The notes below the pieces were generated by a model. The model had not been told where the DNA came from. It ran no database searches and was given only the letters and a program-made list of their open reading frames with translations. Of a DNA stretch of 64,000 nt, positions 50,652 through 64,000 are shown in pieces. Source of the stretch: Chiloscyllium plagiosum (taxonomy: Eukaryota); contig NC_057732.1 in assembly GCF_004010195.1 (NCBI RefSeq), forward strand, positions 33,682,584 through 33,746,583, read 5' to 3'. Both the position numbers and the translations under genes were made by a program. The number at the start of each line of letters is the position of its first letter. The stretch's first letter is position 1.

Positions 50652-51239
50652 AATTTGTATCAGATCACATATTATTCCAGCAACGTTTATTTGGGCAGTG
50701 CTACCCAACCGGGCATGAGCTAATTGAAATGCATATCCTGATAATGAAAACTTTAAAATCAAAGGTCATATTGAATTTGAATGGTTAACTGTTTCCCTCT
50801 TACAGATTTGCCAAACCCAAGTTCCTCCAAAGCTTTTGTTTCAGATTTCCAGCACTCGCTGTGTTCTCCAATGGTTTTAATTAAACCTTTTAAATGGAAA
50901 TAATCTGTAGATAATCTTGAACATTTCAACTGATGGGCCATGACTATTTCCTTTGGCAGTTTAATTGTTCAACGTGACATTGTCCTTGGGAAGAAAGATT
51001 GCTGATGCATTACCTTGGAAACAAATGGTCTTTGTAGTTTGTCTTGATGACTGAATTGTGTTTTATCATGACATAGGGAACCAATTACTCATTTCTGTCA
51101 ACTTCCACCAATCCATTCCACATTTTGTAGAACGTAGTCCAACTATTTGCTTTCTTGCTTTGCTGTAGTGATTTCCATTCCAATCTTTTATCAAGGATAG
51201 AACACCTCTCAGTGATTTGTGCAGAACAGTGAAGTGCTA

Positions 51240-52460
51240 GCTCCCACCCCTTCCTGGGCCTCTCCACCCCCATCAACGGTGACCAACTCAACATGGACAT
51301 CTTCCACAAACCCACCAACTCCCACAGCTACCTGGACTACACCTCTTCCCACCCTGCCTTCTGTAAAAACACTATCCTTTATTCCCAAGTCCTCTGCCTC
51401 CGCTGCATCTGCTCCCAGGAGGACCAATTCCACCACAGAACACCCCAGATGGCCTCCTTCTTCAAAGACTGCAATTTCCCCTCCCACGTGGTCAATTATG
51501 CCCTCCAGCGCATCTCATCCACTTCCCGCATCTCCGCCTTCAAACCCATCCCTTCAACCACAATAAAGGACAGAACCATCCGGTCCTCACCTTCCACCCC
51601 ACCAACCTCCAGATACATCGTATCATCCTTCGCCATTTCCACCATCTACAAACAGACTCCACCACCAGAGATATATTTCCCTCCCCATCCTTATCTGTGT
51701 TCCATAAAAACAATTCCCTCTGCGACTCTTATCAGGTACATGCCCCCCCACCAAACCATCCTCCCCTCACATCACAAGGATTGCATAACCTGTGCCCAAA
51801 CCTCCCCCCTCACCTCCATCCAAGGCCCCAAAAGAGCCTTCTACATCCATCAGAGATTTACCTGCACCTCCACTCTTCATTTACTGTATCCGTTGCTCCC
51901 AATGCGGTCTCCTCTACACTGGTGAGACAGGACACTACTCGCAGAACGCTTCAGAGAACATCTCCAGGACACGCTCACAAAGCAACCCCACCCCCCAGTG
52001 GCCAAACACTTTAACTCCCCCGCCCACTTCACCTAGGACATGCAGGTCCTCGGCCACCTCCATCATCAAGTCCTAGCCACCCAACGCCTTGAGGAAGAAC
52101 GCCCCATTTTCTGCCTTGGGACCCTCCCACCACATGGGATTAATGTGGATTTCACCAGTTTCCTCATTTCCCCTTCCCCCACTTTATCCTGGATCCAACC
52201 TTCCAACTCGGCACCGCCCTCTTGACCTGTCCATCTTCTATCACCCTCACCTTAACCTCCTTCCCCCTAACGCATTTCCAACACCTCTCCTCCCTACCTT
52301 TTATCTTTGCCTGCTTGGCGCACTTTCCTCATTCCTGAAGAAGAGCTCATACCGAAACATTGATTCTCCTGCTCCTCCGATGCTGCCTGACCAGCTGTGC
52401 TTTTCCAGCACCACACTCATGATTCTGATCTACAGCATCCGCAGTCCTCACTTTCTTCTA
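51240..52460 (+). mobile_element. Penelope-like element (family A), 5'-truncated and frameshifted
   Basis: DIFHKPTNSHSYLDYTSSHP; IYCIRCSQCGLLYTGETG; RLEEERPIFCLGTLPPHGINVDF; pLTR with CUGAAGA...GAAAC at 52335-52358. Confidence 0.9.
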
Positions 52461-52699
52461 GCTCTGCTGCTGTCAAGACATAAGACAGCCCTGTGATTTA
52501 TAAGGAACTTACGACGCTCAATGTGGACATTGATATGTGGCAAAAAACCAGGCAAGCTTAAAACAATTCATTAAAAGAGAAATACTACATCTTTTTCATT
52601 CAGGTGTAAACTCAACAGGCAACAAACAAATGTGGAATAGGGTTTGCAGTCTAATATATGTTATTTGTGATGCTAGAGAAACTTTGTACTGTTCACTGG

Positions 52700-54620
52700 T
52701 CAACAAAAAAGGCCCAGTTAATGCAACACTCACCTCCATTCCAGATATCAAGGATCAGTTGAGAGACACATGATGTTGCCATCAGTACAAGGGACTGTAA
52801 TGCTTAAGGAATTCAAAGGGTGGGTACTGATTACACCCGCTTGGCCACTGTGCATAGGGCATCAAGGAATCAGCAAGGTTATTGAAAATGAAAAGCTACT
52901 GGATTTGTGTTGTTACAATAGTCTTGATATAATCAACAGGTATTTCCAAACCAAACCATGCCACAACGCGTCCTGAAGCTATCAGTCACACCAGTACAAC
53001 AGGTAGCTTTCTCGCCGCTACTCTCCGAGCTTTCACAGCACTATGACATTAGCCACTCCTTGATGTGTAGCAAGGTTGACCTTCAGCCAAAGAAGCTATC
53101 CTTCTCTAAAAATTAAAGTCATCCTCAGATCAACATTTGCCACAGCAATGCAGTGATCCAAGAGCTCTTCAACATCTTCAATCAGGTTCTTTTGGACAAC
53201 ATCCAGTGCCAGAAGACAGGGTCATATTGGGATTGTTGGCATGCCTTGTTCTATATCTCCACACTGACTGTGCACTGGAAGATCAGAGGAAGGGTGTGTG
53301 CCTTACCAAACTGAAATACATAGTCAGTTAGTCTAACCAAGAGAATAATTCTCAATAACGACAAACAAGGTCTTAGCAAGCAAAATCTACAAGTTCTCAG
53401 AGATTCCAGGATCAAGACTCAGCAGGCTATTTGGCATGTTGCAACAGTGTACAACTTGCTGCTGAACTGCAGGATACTAGAGTGATGTATGAAAGAATAA
53501 GAAAGCAATAGGCCGAACAGCAACCAAATCATCCCCACAAAGGTAGAAACAGGGATGATCATCACTAAGCCCAGCAAGAAGATTGAGAGGTGGGTGGAAC
53601 AGTACCTTAACTAGAAGCAAACCAGCTCTTCGTGCCATTTCAGACTTAATGTATTGTAAATGGAGGAACTGAATATTGAGCACATTATTGTAGAGATCAA
53701 CAAGGTTATTGTCAATCTTGTCAATTGTACATCCTTGGGAAATGATAGCATTCTAACTGAAACCATCAGAAGTGAGAAAATTCCGCACTGCTGTAGCACC
53801 TCCATGAGCTTTTGCCTCTCTTATGGAAGGTAAGATTTGTGCCTCAAGTCATGCATGACTCAAATACCGTCATTTGCAGGAAATATAGGAGACCAGTGAC
53901 AATCAACAGTTGCTTGTGTTGCTCTGATGCAGCTGTTATGTCAAAGTTGAGAAGTTGTGTGTGGACCAACTGTAAACTAACCAAAAATATAAAGCTTCAC
54001 ATGTACCAGACCTTGTTCATAATATCCTCCTTTACAGTAGTGAAACATGGAAAATATATGCAAGTCAAAAAAAATGCAAAAGAACAGCTTCCATCTCTAA
54101 TGCCTCAAAAAATTATTAAGCATATCCTGGCAGGACAGCATGTTGAATATGATAGCATACCAGCATGCAGGTATGCCCAATATGTCATCTTCGAATCAGA
54201 GGCTGGGTTACATAGGCCAAATGGATGATGGCCGCATCCTCAAAGGGACACTCCACGTTGAGTTTATTAATGGTAGAAGACTAACAAGCAACCGACAATA
54301 CAAGGACATTTGCAAGCAAGATCTCAAGTTGATAGGGATCAGAGAAGACCTTGTTGCTGACTGAAGTACCTGAAGCCAGGCAGTCTGGATAGGCACGTAA
54401 AAATTGGAGGACAGATAACTGACCAAATGGCTGATAACAGAGCCCAATGCTAAGAAACATCAGTTGACTTTAGGTCATTATGCATCTGGTGCAAATGAAT
54501 AGCAAAGGGCTGTCACATACCAAATAGATACATACTTATTTCAGCCACAATACATTATGTTCAATCCAGAAGTGACATGCAGCCTAGGCACAGTCCATCT
54601 TTACCGTAGACAAACAGATG
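52700..54620 (+). mobile_element. Degraded RTE-clade LINE
   Basis: CIGHQGISKVIENEKLL...NRYFQTKPCH (APE end); RLGYIGQMDDGRILKGTLHVE...RQYKDICKQDLK (RTE C-terminus). Confidence 0.7.
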
Positions 54621-54719
54621 CCAGAATAGTTAGCAACAGTAAAACTTTACTGGATAGTCTTTTTAGTTGGGTCGGTTCATTGGTATGGTCAAAAGAAAAT
54701 ACATCAAGTTACAGTTTCT

Positions 54720-55047
54720 TAAAGAATCCCTACAGTGCAGAAGCAGGCCATTCAGCCCATCAAGTCTACATCAACCCTCTGAAAAGCATCTCACCCAAAC
54801 CCAACTCCCTACCCTATCCCAGTAACCCTGCATTTCCCATGGCTAACACATCCCTGGACACTATGGGCAATTTAGCATGGCCAATCCACCTAACCTGCAC
54901 ATTTTTGGACTGTCAGAGGAAACTGCAGCACCCGGAGGAAACCCACGCAGATACAAGGAGAATGTGTCAACTCGACGCACAGTCAGTCATCAGAAGTTGG
55001 GATCAGACCCAGGTTCTTGGCGCTGTGAGGCAGTAGTGCTAACCATT
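54720..55047 (-). mobile_element. HE1-like SINE
   Basis: agaatccctacagtgcagaagcaggcc...ctgtgaggcagtagtgctaacc. Confidence 0.8.
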
Positions 55048-55569
55048 GGGCAACTGGAGCCCTCACCATCCCGACCTGTCCATGGGTTGGTCAAGTTCTT
55101 AGCTAAGTGCAGGCTGAATACTTGTGTAGATTGCAGACAGACTGTAAAGTTTCACTTGTGCTTCAAGTTAAAGCTGTGGGGCTGGTAAGGTGGCACAGAA
55201 CTCGACCAATCTACCAAAAAGCAACTTTTGATTACTAAGTCCCATATTTACAGGATGACCTCCAGTCCATTAGGAATCAAACACTGTCCCTCAGCAGTTA
55301 CAATATCCTTCAATATATGGAAATGGCTGTTTCAGTTTATTCACAGAAAAAAGTTTGGGATAAGGGCACAGCTGAACATAGTCCAATGTTTCACTTCCCT
55401 CTAAAATATGTCAAAAATAAAAGTTGCAAGGTAACCAGGAAATGCATTTGCTGCATTAATAAGTCAGCACAGTATTCAAAGGTACAGATCAAGAATCTAT
55501 TAAGCTTGGATAATTATGGCTCTTCTGGAAGGCTGAAATCAAAAGATATTACCAAAAATATCCTGACTA

Positions 55570-55895
55570 GATGACTATATTCCCTACAGTATGGAAACAG
55601 GCCATTCATCCCAACAAGCCCATACCGACCCTCCAAAGAGTAACCCACCCAGAACCATTCCCCTACTCTACATTTACTCCTGACTAATGTACCTAACACT
55701 ATGGGCAATTTAGCATGATCAATTCCTCTAACCTGCACATCTTTGGATTGTGGGAGGAAACTGGAGCACCCGGAGGAAACCCACACAGACATGAGAATGT
55801 GCAAACTCCATACAGACAGTCGCCCGAGACAGGAATCGAACCCGGGTCCCTGGTGCTGCGAGGCAGCAGTGCTAACTGCTGAGCCACCATGCCGC
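55570..55895 (-). mobile_element. HE1-like SINE
   Basis: tccctacagtatggaaacaggcc...gctgagccaccatgccgcc. Confidence 0.88.
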
Positions 55896-57699
55896 CAAAA
55901 AAAGTTTTTTTTCAGTTTTACAATCTTAAAACAATGCAGCAACTTTCATGCAAAACCAAAATAGATGACAATGAAGGCACACAAATTAATTATGGATACT
56001 GAGGTGATGAAAAAATCCCTCATGTTAACATATCTAATTCAGAAGTAATTTAATTAATTGATTGACTGATTGATTGATTAATTAATTGACTGAGTAAAAT
56101 AAAGAGGGTAACAGGTAGGATTGGTACATGGAAGGTTCTTGAAGACAATAGTTAATAAACACTCATCCACAAAACAAACACCTCTTGGTTTCTATTTCAA
56201 TGACTGTCTTGGATCCAATTTGAAATCCTAAACTAAATTGCCATACTGATCTGGCCAGTAACATGTATGCCGTAAGGGTTAAGTAATAACAATACTACGA
56301 CATTCAATGATGAGGTTGTGTTAAATACCAAATAAAAAGCACATGAACAAGTTGTCAATCGTTCAGGAGTCTGAATTGGAAATGTTAACATCTAGAGATA
56401 GACAAGGGGACTGAAGAAATCCTATGTGAGACTAACTAAATGTTATTAACATTATTAAACAATAGCATTCCAATATTTGTGAGAATATTGCTGAAGTAAA
56501 GCACAGTATGAACCTCAACTGAACAGACTACAAAAGGTGTTTATGTAAACGAGGTGACCAGGTTAACAGGTTGTTGATGTAGCCAAATGCGATTTATCTG
56601 GGGAATGTCAGAGGCAGATCAGAGGTAAAATCTTCAGTTTCCTAACAGCTAAAAGGGAAAAAAAAAGGACAAAACATTGGATCGGAGCTCCTTCATGGGG
56701 CTAGTGTTGACATGTTTTGAAATATTTTCAGGCAATAAACTAAATTTATGCCAATAACAGGAATAATGTGATGGACCTCATTCTTTTGAGTACGACAAGG
56801 AGAAGAATAAACTGAAATTCAGTTATAAACTTTATTTGTTCATTTACTGAGTGAACAAAAAGGAGTTAATTCATTTACAATTGATCTCACTCGACCAGTG
56901 TTCTTGTATTGGACTTCTGGCAGAGGGAGAAATGGTTTTGAGGACACACATGACCTATGCTAAAGGATGCACATGATGAGTGATATCTGAAAATGACCAC
57001 TGGGTTATATAATTCAATATGGTGCAGTAAAAATAAACTCAATCGAGGGAAAACAAATACAATTTAAAGAGCAATCTCTGATGCTGAGACCAGGAATACT
57101 TAGAGTTCACCAAAAATTTCTAATACACATTTTAGGACAAGGCTTTGTACAATAGTGTAGGTCACAATATGTTCGCACTACAATAAGGAACATCATGGGT
57201 TTCGGATTGGGTTTAGACAACAGTCGTACAGTCAGCATTAATCTCTAGATGTTTAAAAAAAGTGTTAAGTCTGGAAGGAAGATTATGATAAACAAATGAA
57301 GTGGAAAAAAATTGACAGAAACATTATTGGGCCTAGTTTCCTAGTGGTTTCATGTCAGAGTACCCAGGTGTTATATGCTGATTTGGGTCATTTTATAATG
57401 TAATAGCTTGTAGTGCTGGGGTTCTTTGTACATTATGAAATAGTAGATGTGCCATTGAAAATAAACATAGAATGGATGTATTTTGGTGTTACTTCTGATT
57501 CTCCAGGTTCTGATGGGTATTTTACCTGTACTTGTGAATACAATACATGTTCATGATAGGGTTTTAATCTTGTGTACATCAAAACCACCTTGAAAGTTAA
57601 CCAATTTCTAGGGCCTGAGCCTTTCTTTGGCCTGAGTGAAAGTTTTGTTTGGTCCCAGATCAATACTAGGTTAGAATATTTTTAAAAATATTCTTTCAT

Positions 57700-60600
57700 G
57701 GGACTGCCTTTGCTGTTGAATTCATGTATCGCTGGACATCGGTGTGCATCCAGGAAAGTTAACAAACTGAAATTCACAACTGATCTTGGAGGAACCTATT
57801 TGGGAGAGGTCACAGCACAGAAACAAATAAGTTTAATAGCTTTAAGTGTGGCTTTGCTGTAAGTCTGCAGAAGTAGAGTGCGTTCTTCATTATTTATATG
57901 CTTTATTGAGATATGTCTCTGGATTAAACTTAAAAATATAAGCCATAAGTATTAAGTTAGCCTGGAGCAATGTTTTAAAGAGGAATAAGAGAGTGCTATT
58001 TTCTGGGTCTGCAGATTGAAAGAAGCAAGTATGGTTCTCAGTAGAGTGATACGCTCGTCTTGTCGGATGTGGGAGTTGAGGAAGAGTTTACGTGTTACTG
58101 AGGATTATATCTGCAATAAATGCCATTAGTTGCGAATCCTATCAGATCGAATGGATTAGTTGGAGAGACAGTTAGAGGCAATAATGAATTTACAAGAGGT
58201 AGGGGGTGTGATGGATGGCAGTTATAGGAAGGGAGAAAAGCCGCAGATACAGTCATATAAATGGATTAGCTCCAGGAAAGGTGAGAGAGGTAAGCAAGTA
58301 GTACAGGAGTCTTTTGTGGCTATCCCCATTTCAAACAAGTATTCTGTTTTGGAAAATGATGGGGATGGTGGATCTCAGGGGAATGTAGCGTGAACAGCCA
58401 AGTTTCTGGTACTGAGACTGGCTCTAATGCAATGAGGGTTATGTCGGGTTCCAAGAAATAAATTGTGTTTGGGGACTCTCTAGACAGTGGCACAGATAGA
58501 CGTTTCTGTGGCTGGCAGTGAAAAATCAGAATGGTGTGTTGCCTCCTTGGTGGCAGGTCAAGGATGTCTCAGAGAGGGTGCAGAATGTTCTCAAGGGGAG
58601 AGGGCCCAGGTCATTGTACACATTGGAACCAACGACACAGGAAGAGATATAGGGTAGTTATGGTAGGGGGATCTTAACTTTCCAAACATAGACTTGGACT
58701 GCCATAGTCTTAAGGGTTTAGATGGAGAGGAATTTGTTAAGTGTGTACAAGAAATTTTTCTGATTCGGTATGTGGATGTACCTACTAGAGAAGGTGCAAA
58801 ACTTGACCTACTCTAGAGAAATAAGACAAGGCAGGTGACTGAGGTGTCAGTGGGGGAGCACTTGGGGGCCAGCGACCATAATTCTATTACTTTTAAAATA
58901 GTGATGGAAAAGGATAGACCAGATCTAAAAGTTCAAGTTCTAAATTGGGGGAAGGCTAATTTTGACAGTTTCAATCAAGAACTCTCAAAAGCTGACTGGG
59001 GGCAGACGTTCGCAGGTAAAGGGATGGCTGAAAAATAGGAAGTCTTCAGAAATGAGATAACGAGAATCCAGAGATAGTATATTCCTGTTAGGGTGAAAGG
59101 AAAGGCTCATAGGTGTAAAGAATGCTGGATGAGAAAATAAGGGTTTGGTTAAGAAAAAGAAGGAAGCATATGTCAGGTATAGACAGGACAGATCGAGTGA
59201 ATCCTTAGAAGAGAATAAAAACAATAGGAGTATACTTAAGAGGGAAATCAGGAGGGCAAAAAGGGGACATGAGATAGCTTTGGCAAATAAGATCAAGAAG
59301 AATCCAAACGTCTTTTACAAATATATTAAGGACAAAAGGGTAACTTGGGAGAGAATAGGGCCCCATAAAGATCAGCAAGGCGGCCTTTGTGTGGAGCCGC
59401 AGGAGATAGGGAAGATACTAAACGAGAATTATGCATCAGTGTTTACTGTGGAAAATGACATGGAAGATATAGAACGTAGGGAAATAGATGGCGATGTCCA
59501 TATTACAGAGGAGGAAGTGCTGATGCTTTGAAACACATAAAAGTGGATAAATCCCCAGGACCTGATCAGCTGTACTCTAGAACTCTGTGGGAAGCTAGGG
59601 AAGTAATTGCTGGGTCCGTTGTTGATATATTTGTATCATCATCAATAGTAACAGGTGAGGTGCCGGAAGACTGGAGTTTGGCTAATGTGGTACCACTATC
59701 TAAGAAAGATGGTAAGGACAAGTCAACGAACTATAGACTAATGAGCCTGACGCTGGTGGTGGGCAAATTGCTGGTGGGAATCCTGAGGGACAGGATGTAT
59801 ATGTATTTGGAAAGGCAACGACTGATTAGGAATAGTCAGCATGGCTTTGTGCATGGGAAATCGTGTCTCACAAACTTAATAGAGTTTTTTGAAGAAGTAA
59901 CAAAGAAGATTGATAAGGGCAGAGCGGTAGACCTGATCTATATGGACTTCAGTAAGGCATTCGACAAGATTCCTCATGGGAGATTGGTTAGCAAGGTTAG
60001 ACCTTATGGAATACAGGAAGAACTAGCCATTTGGATACAGAACTGACTCAAAGGTAGAAGACAGAGGGTGGTGGTGGAGGGTTGTTTTTCAGACTGGAGG
60101 CCTGTGACCAATGGAGTGCCACAAGGATGGTGCTGGGTCCACTATTTTTCGTCAGTTATATACATGATTTGGATATAAACATAGGAGGTATAGTTAGTAA
60201 GTTTGTAGATGACACCAAAATTGGAGACAGCGAAGAAGGTTACCTCAGATTACAACGGGATCGTAATCAGATGGGCCAATGGGCTGAGGAGTGGCAGATG
60301 GAATTTAATTTAGATAAATGCAATATGCTGCATTTTGGAATGAAAACTTTAGCCGGACTAATACACTTAACGGTAAGATCCTAGGGAGTATTGCTTAACA
60401 AAGAGACCTTGGAGTGGAGTTCATAGCTCCTTGAAATTGGAGTCTTAGGTAGACATGATAGTGAAGAAGACGTTTGGTATGCTTTCTTTTATTGGACAAA
60501 GTATTGAGTACAGGAATTGGGATGTCACGTTGCAGCTGTACAGGACATTGGTTATGCCACTTTTGGAATATTGTGTGCAATTCTGGTCTCCATCCTATCA

Positions 60601-61084
60601 GAAGGATATTGTGAAACTTGAAAGTGTTCAGGAAAGATTTACAAGGATGTTGTCAGGGTTGGAGGATTTGAGCTATAGGGAGAGGTTGAGTATGCTGGGG
60701 CTGTTTTCCCTGGAGCGTCATAGGCTGAGGGGTGATCTTATCAAGGTTTATAAAATCATGAGGGGCATGGATAGGATAAATAGACAAAGTCTCTTCCCTG
60801 GGGTGAGGGGAGTCCAGAACTAGAGGGCATCGGTTTAGGCTGAGGGGGGCAACTTTTTCACGCAGAGGGTGGTACGTGTATAGAATGACCTGCCAGAGGA
60901 AGTGATGGAAGCTATTACAATTGCAACATTTAAAAGGCATCTGGATGGGTATATGAATAGGAAGGGTTTGGAGGGATATGAGCCTGGTGTTGCCAGGTGG
61001 GACTAGATTGGGTTGGGATATCTGGTTGGCATGGACAGGTTGGACCGAAGGGTCTGTTTCCAGATTGTACATCTCTATGTCTCT
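57700..61084 (+). mobile_element. Near-full-length CR1 (HER1-like) LINE with internal deletion; inactive
   Basis: ORF1 from 58031: MVLSRVIRSSCRMWE...YICNKC (zinc finger), coiled coil, GDSL esterase IVFGDSL, MVCCL, VIVHIGTND. It jumps at about 58650 to the ORF2 endonuclease (RVVMVG..NFPNID), then RT (QHGFVHGKSCLTNL, YMDFSKAFDKIPH, KFVDDTKIG) and the tail tgtacatctctatg. The 5' boundary is approximate. Confidence 0.9.
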
Positions 61085-63289
61085 AACTGAGTGGCTGACT
61101 AAGTCATTTCAGAAGGCAATTAAGAATCAATCACATTACTTTGGATCAACACTCCCACTAAGCCATGCACTCTGATCAGCATCTACTTCTGGTTTTGGAA
61201 GATGCTGTCACTTGTAGGCCTTGGAGCTCTATCTAGAAGAAAACAAAAATTAGAGGGAAGGTTGCAATGGATCTAGAATCATATGTTGGCCAGAAAAAAT
61301 GAGGATTAGAGAGAAAAAAAAATTGCAGATGTAAATTTCCTTCCTTAAAATGGTATGAGTGAATCAGATAGGTTTTACGGCAATTGATGATTGTATCATG
61401 AGACTGGTTTTCAATTCCAGAATTCATGAATTGATATAAATTCTACAAGCTGTGAAAGTGGGAGTTAAATCCATGGCTCCAGAGGATTGGCATGCACCTT
61501 TGGATTATGCCTACAGTGTTGTCTCCCCAGTGGAATCCTTTTGCTTCACTTTGGACAGCTAAAACAGGAGAACATAGAATTCCAGACAGGTAGGTCACAC
61601 TCGAAAACCTGCACAAACTGACTGGAGGCCCAGAGTTTACAACACAGGAAAGATTTTAAAAACCAAAGTCAAAGAAAAGACAAAACAGCTCAAGTATTAT
61701 CAACTAACAATTCAGCTGACAACTAGAAAATAAGTCACTATGGTCCAGGTCCATACAACTTAGTTCCGGCCAACGTTGCAAAACTCGTAACCATTAACCT
61801 GCTGAGATGTATGTAATGAAAAGACTCTAAAAATGTTCATCCTTGGGCTGAATGATGCAAATCTGTGTCAGTACCAATCCTGTGGACGCTGTGCTTTCAG
61901 CTGCCAAAGTTTTAGATTCTCCCCGCTAGATCTATCGATTGCTGTACCCCTCTCAAAATGTTTCTTAAAATTCACCTCTGAATATCATTTTTCGGTCACC
62001 TGTCCTAATAGCTGCTTATGTCAAACTTTGTCTGATTACCCTCTCGTGAAACATTTTGCTCGTTTAAGATACTAAAAGAATGCAATTTTTTGCTATTTCC
62101 TTCAAAACAGTTCTTTGTCAATATGAAGACAGTAACACTATCTTCATGTTATGCAACATTGTATTGTTATTTGAAACGGAAATGAAATCAATGACTAGGA
62201 TTATTTGGTAACAAGTCTTATTTTTATAAGAAAGAACAGAAGTGGAAAAGTGATTTACATGTATATATAATCAAAGTTGCAGCTTGTGTAAAATAAACAG
62301 CTGTAATTTATAAAAATTCCATTCTGAGTAACATTCATTATGGAACCACTACAGAGCATTTGTACACAGGCAGACATTCCTCCTGCACAGATAAAAGTGG
62401 GTAATCTATTTTAAATGTGAACTGTCTCCAGATTCATGCATGTGGGTGGACAGCAGTCATTCTTGGTTTTAAAATACTTTTCAATGCCATGCAACTGAAC
62501 TGAAACAGCTGCAAAGGTTCTATTACGCTTGCAAGTTCCCTGCAGCATCAAGTTAATAATTAGCTGTTGATTCCACCAGTTACCACAGGAGTTAAGTTGT
62601 ATAAATAACCTAAACCCAAATTGTTCCTCTCAATATGTGCAAAGCTCCACACTAGTGTTAGGCATAAAAAGAAAAAGTTTGAAATAAATTAAAGAGATGA
62701 CAATTAAGAAATTTGTTTATTTGAAAAATAAGATATTAATAACTAATAGACTTACTCCATAATGCGTCAACATGTGTACACTGAACAGCGTCTCATTAAT
62801 TTTAAAAGAAAAGGTCTTCTTTTAATACAACCTCCATAGTCTTATTTGTGTCAAAAAGTAGTGATATACAAGAACTATCACACAAGGGAGTTTCAGCAAG
62901 GAAGGAAGGATGTTGTATTCCGTCAGTAAAATCCATTTTCGGGATTATTGTGAACTTGCTCTTGCTGGGAAATCTCAGACTGATCCAAGCCCAAATCACA
63001 TCACAGAATAGATTTCACTTTAAAAATAATCATAGCTTGATCAGAGTGTAAATTTACATAATGTAACTTTTGTTTCATGGAAACAGGAGCAGTTGACTAT
63101 GAACTGTGCGGATCATTGTCTAGATCAGAGGATTAGTAGTTCCTCAGTTCAGATTTTGTGAGATTCACTGTTTCCTTCAGCTTTTGAATACCTATTACAG
63201 AGAGAAAGAAAATCACCAAGAAGAAAACAGAGAAATGAAAAGATCAGGAAATCACTCTGCTATGTAAAAAGCTGCCGTGGCCTAACTGG

Positions 63290-63475
63290 ACTATAGACTG
63301 CTCTCTCATTAGAGAGAAATGATTGGTGGTGTTTAAATCTGAGGGTCAGTATGCCTCAGGCAAGGAGGGAGGTTGAGAAGGAGAGACCTTCACAGTGACC
63401 TCAGCCAGTGCAGGAATTGAATCCATACTGCTGGCATCACAATGCACTGCAAACCAGCCAACTGAGCTAACCAAT
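63290..63475 (-). mobile_element. Third SINE family copy
   Basis: Reverse complement has head tggttagctcagttggc (A-box-like) and ggattcaattcc (B-box-like); homologous to 27255-27445. Confidence 0.6.
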
Positions 63476-64000
63476 CCCTACTGCCAGAGAAAAGAAAAAT
63501 AAGTGAGAAATTGAACAAATGGTGACCTAAAGTGATTGGAGGAAATACAGGGTGAAGGGTGATTAAAGCATTCAACAAAAATGATCAAGACCATTAAAAC
63601 ATCATGTGCTCTTCACATAACAAATTTAAGTTTTATGTAAAATGATCTACCAGGATTATTTGTTTTAAAATGTAAAGAGGTGCTGACTAACGAATATTCA
63701 AACTCATTTCTTTTTTAAAGGAAAGAAACACTGTCAATGTGTTGAAAACATCTGATCTTCGGCAAAGCTTTTTCAGCTTCTAGGAACCAAGCCTGACTGA
63801 AAATTTCCCAAAATGTTGCCAACTTCGCAAGCTGGCTGGTGTAAGGAAATAAAACTGCAATGCAAAAGCAAAACATTTTAAATTTCAGCATTCAACAGAG
63901 TAGGCATGTAAGAATGCCAAGGGGCATCAAAAGTAAACCTTTGAACTACAATAAAAATAACAAAGTGATAATGGCATAATCAGCCTGCCCGTATGTGCAA

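Noticed and set aside
1-64000. CRISPR array or prokaryotic system
   Set aside because: The sequence is vertebrate intronic DNA; no regularly spaced repeat-spacer array or operon structure.

Overview
AT-rich, repeat-dense vertebrate genomic DNA, most likely from a shark (inferred from HE1-like SINEs, HER1/CR1 LINEs and Penelope families). The only host gene I can support is a class-B plexin (PLXNB2-like) on the minus strand. It has a large first coding exon (ATG at 14751 to donor at 13645; signal peptide plus most of the Sema domain) and a 180-bp second coding exon (5391-5212) that the ORF track misses. The rest is intronic or upstream DNA filled with CR1 LINEs (one near full length with ORF1 zinc-finger and esterase remnants), an RTE-like LINE, tRNA-derived SINEs, Penelope-like elements (PLEs), LTR-like pieces and a 385-N gap. 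The most striking non-coding signal is about 15 minimal hammerhead-ribozyme motifs (CUGANGA-N-stem II-GAAA-palindromic helix III-NUH) in four sequence-distinct families whose helices covary. Many sit in short, ORF-less, fold-back (tail-to-tail) insertions with 12-14 bp target-site duplications. There is also a ~340-bp inverted templated duplication inside a triple-nested insertion. Repeat boundaries were read by eye and are approximate unless a TSD or splice site is quoted.
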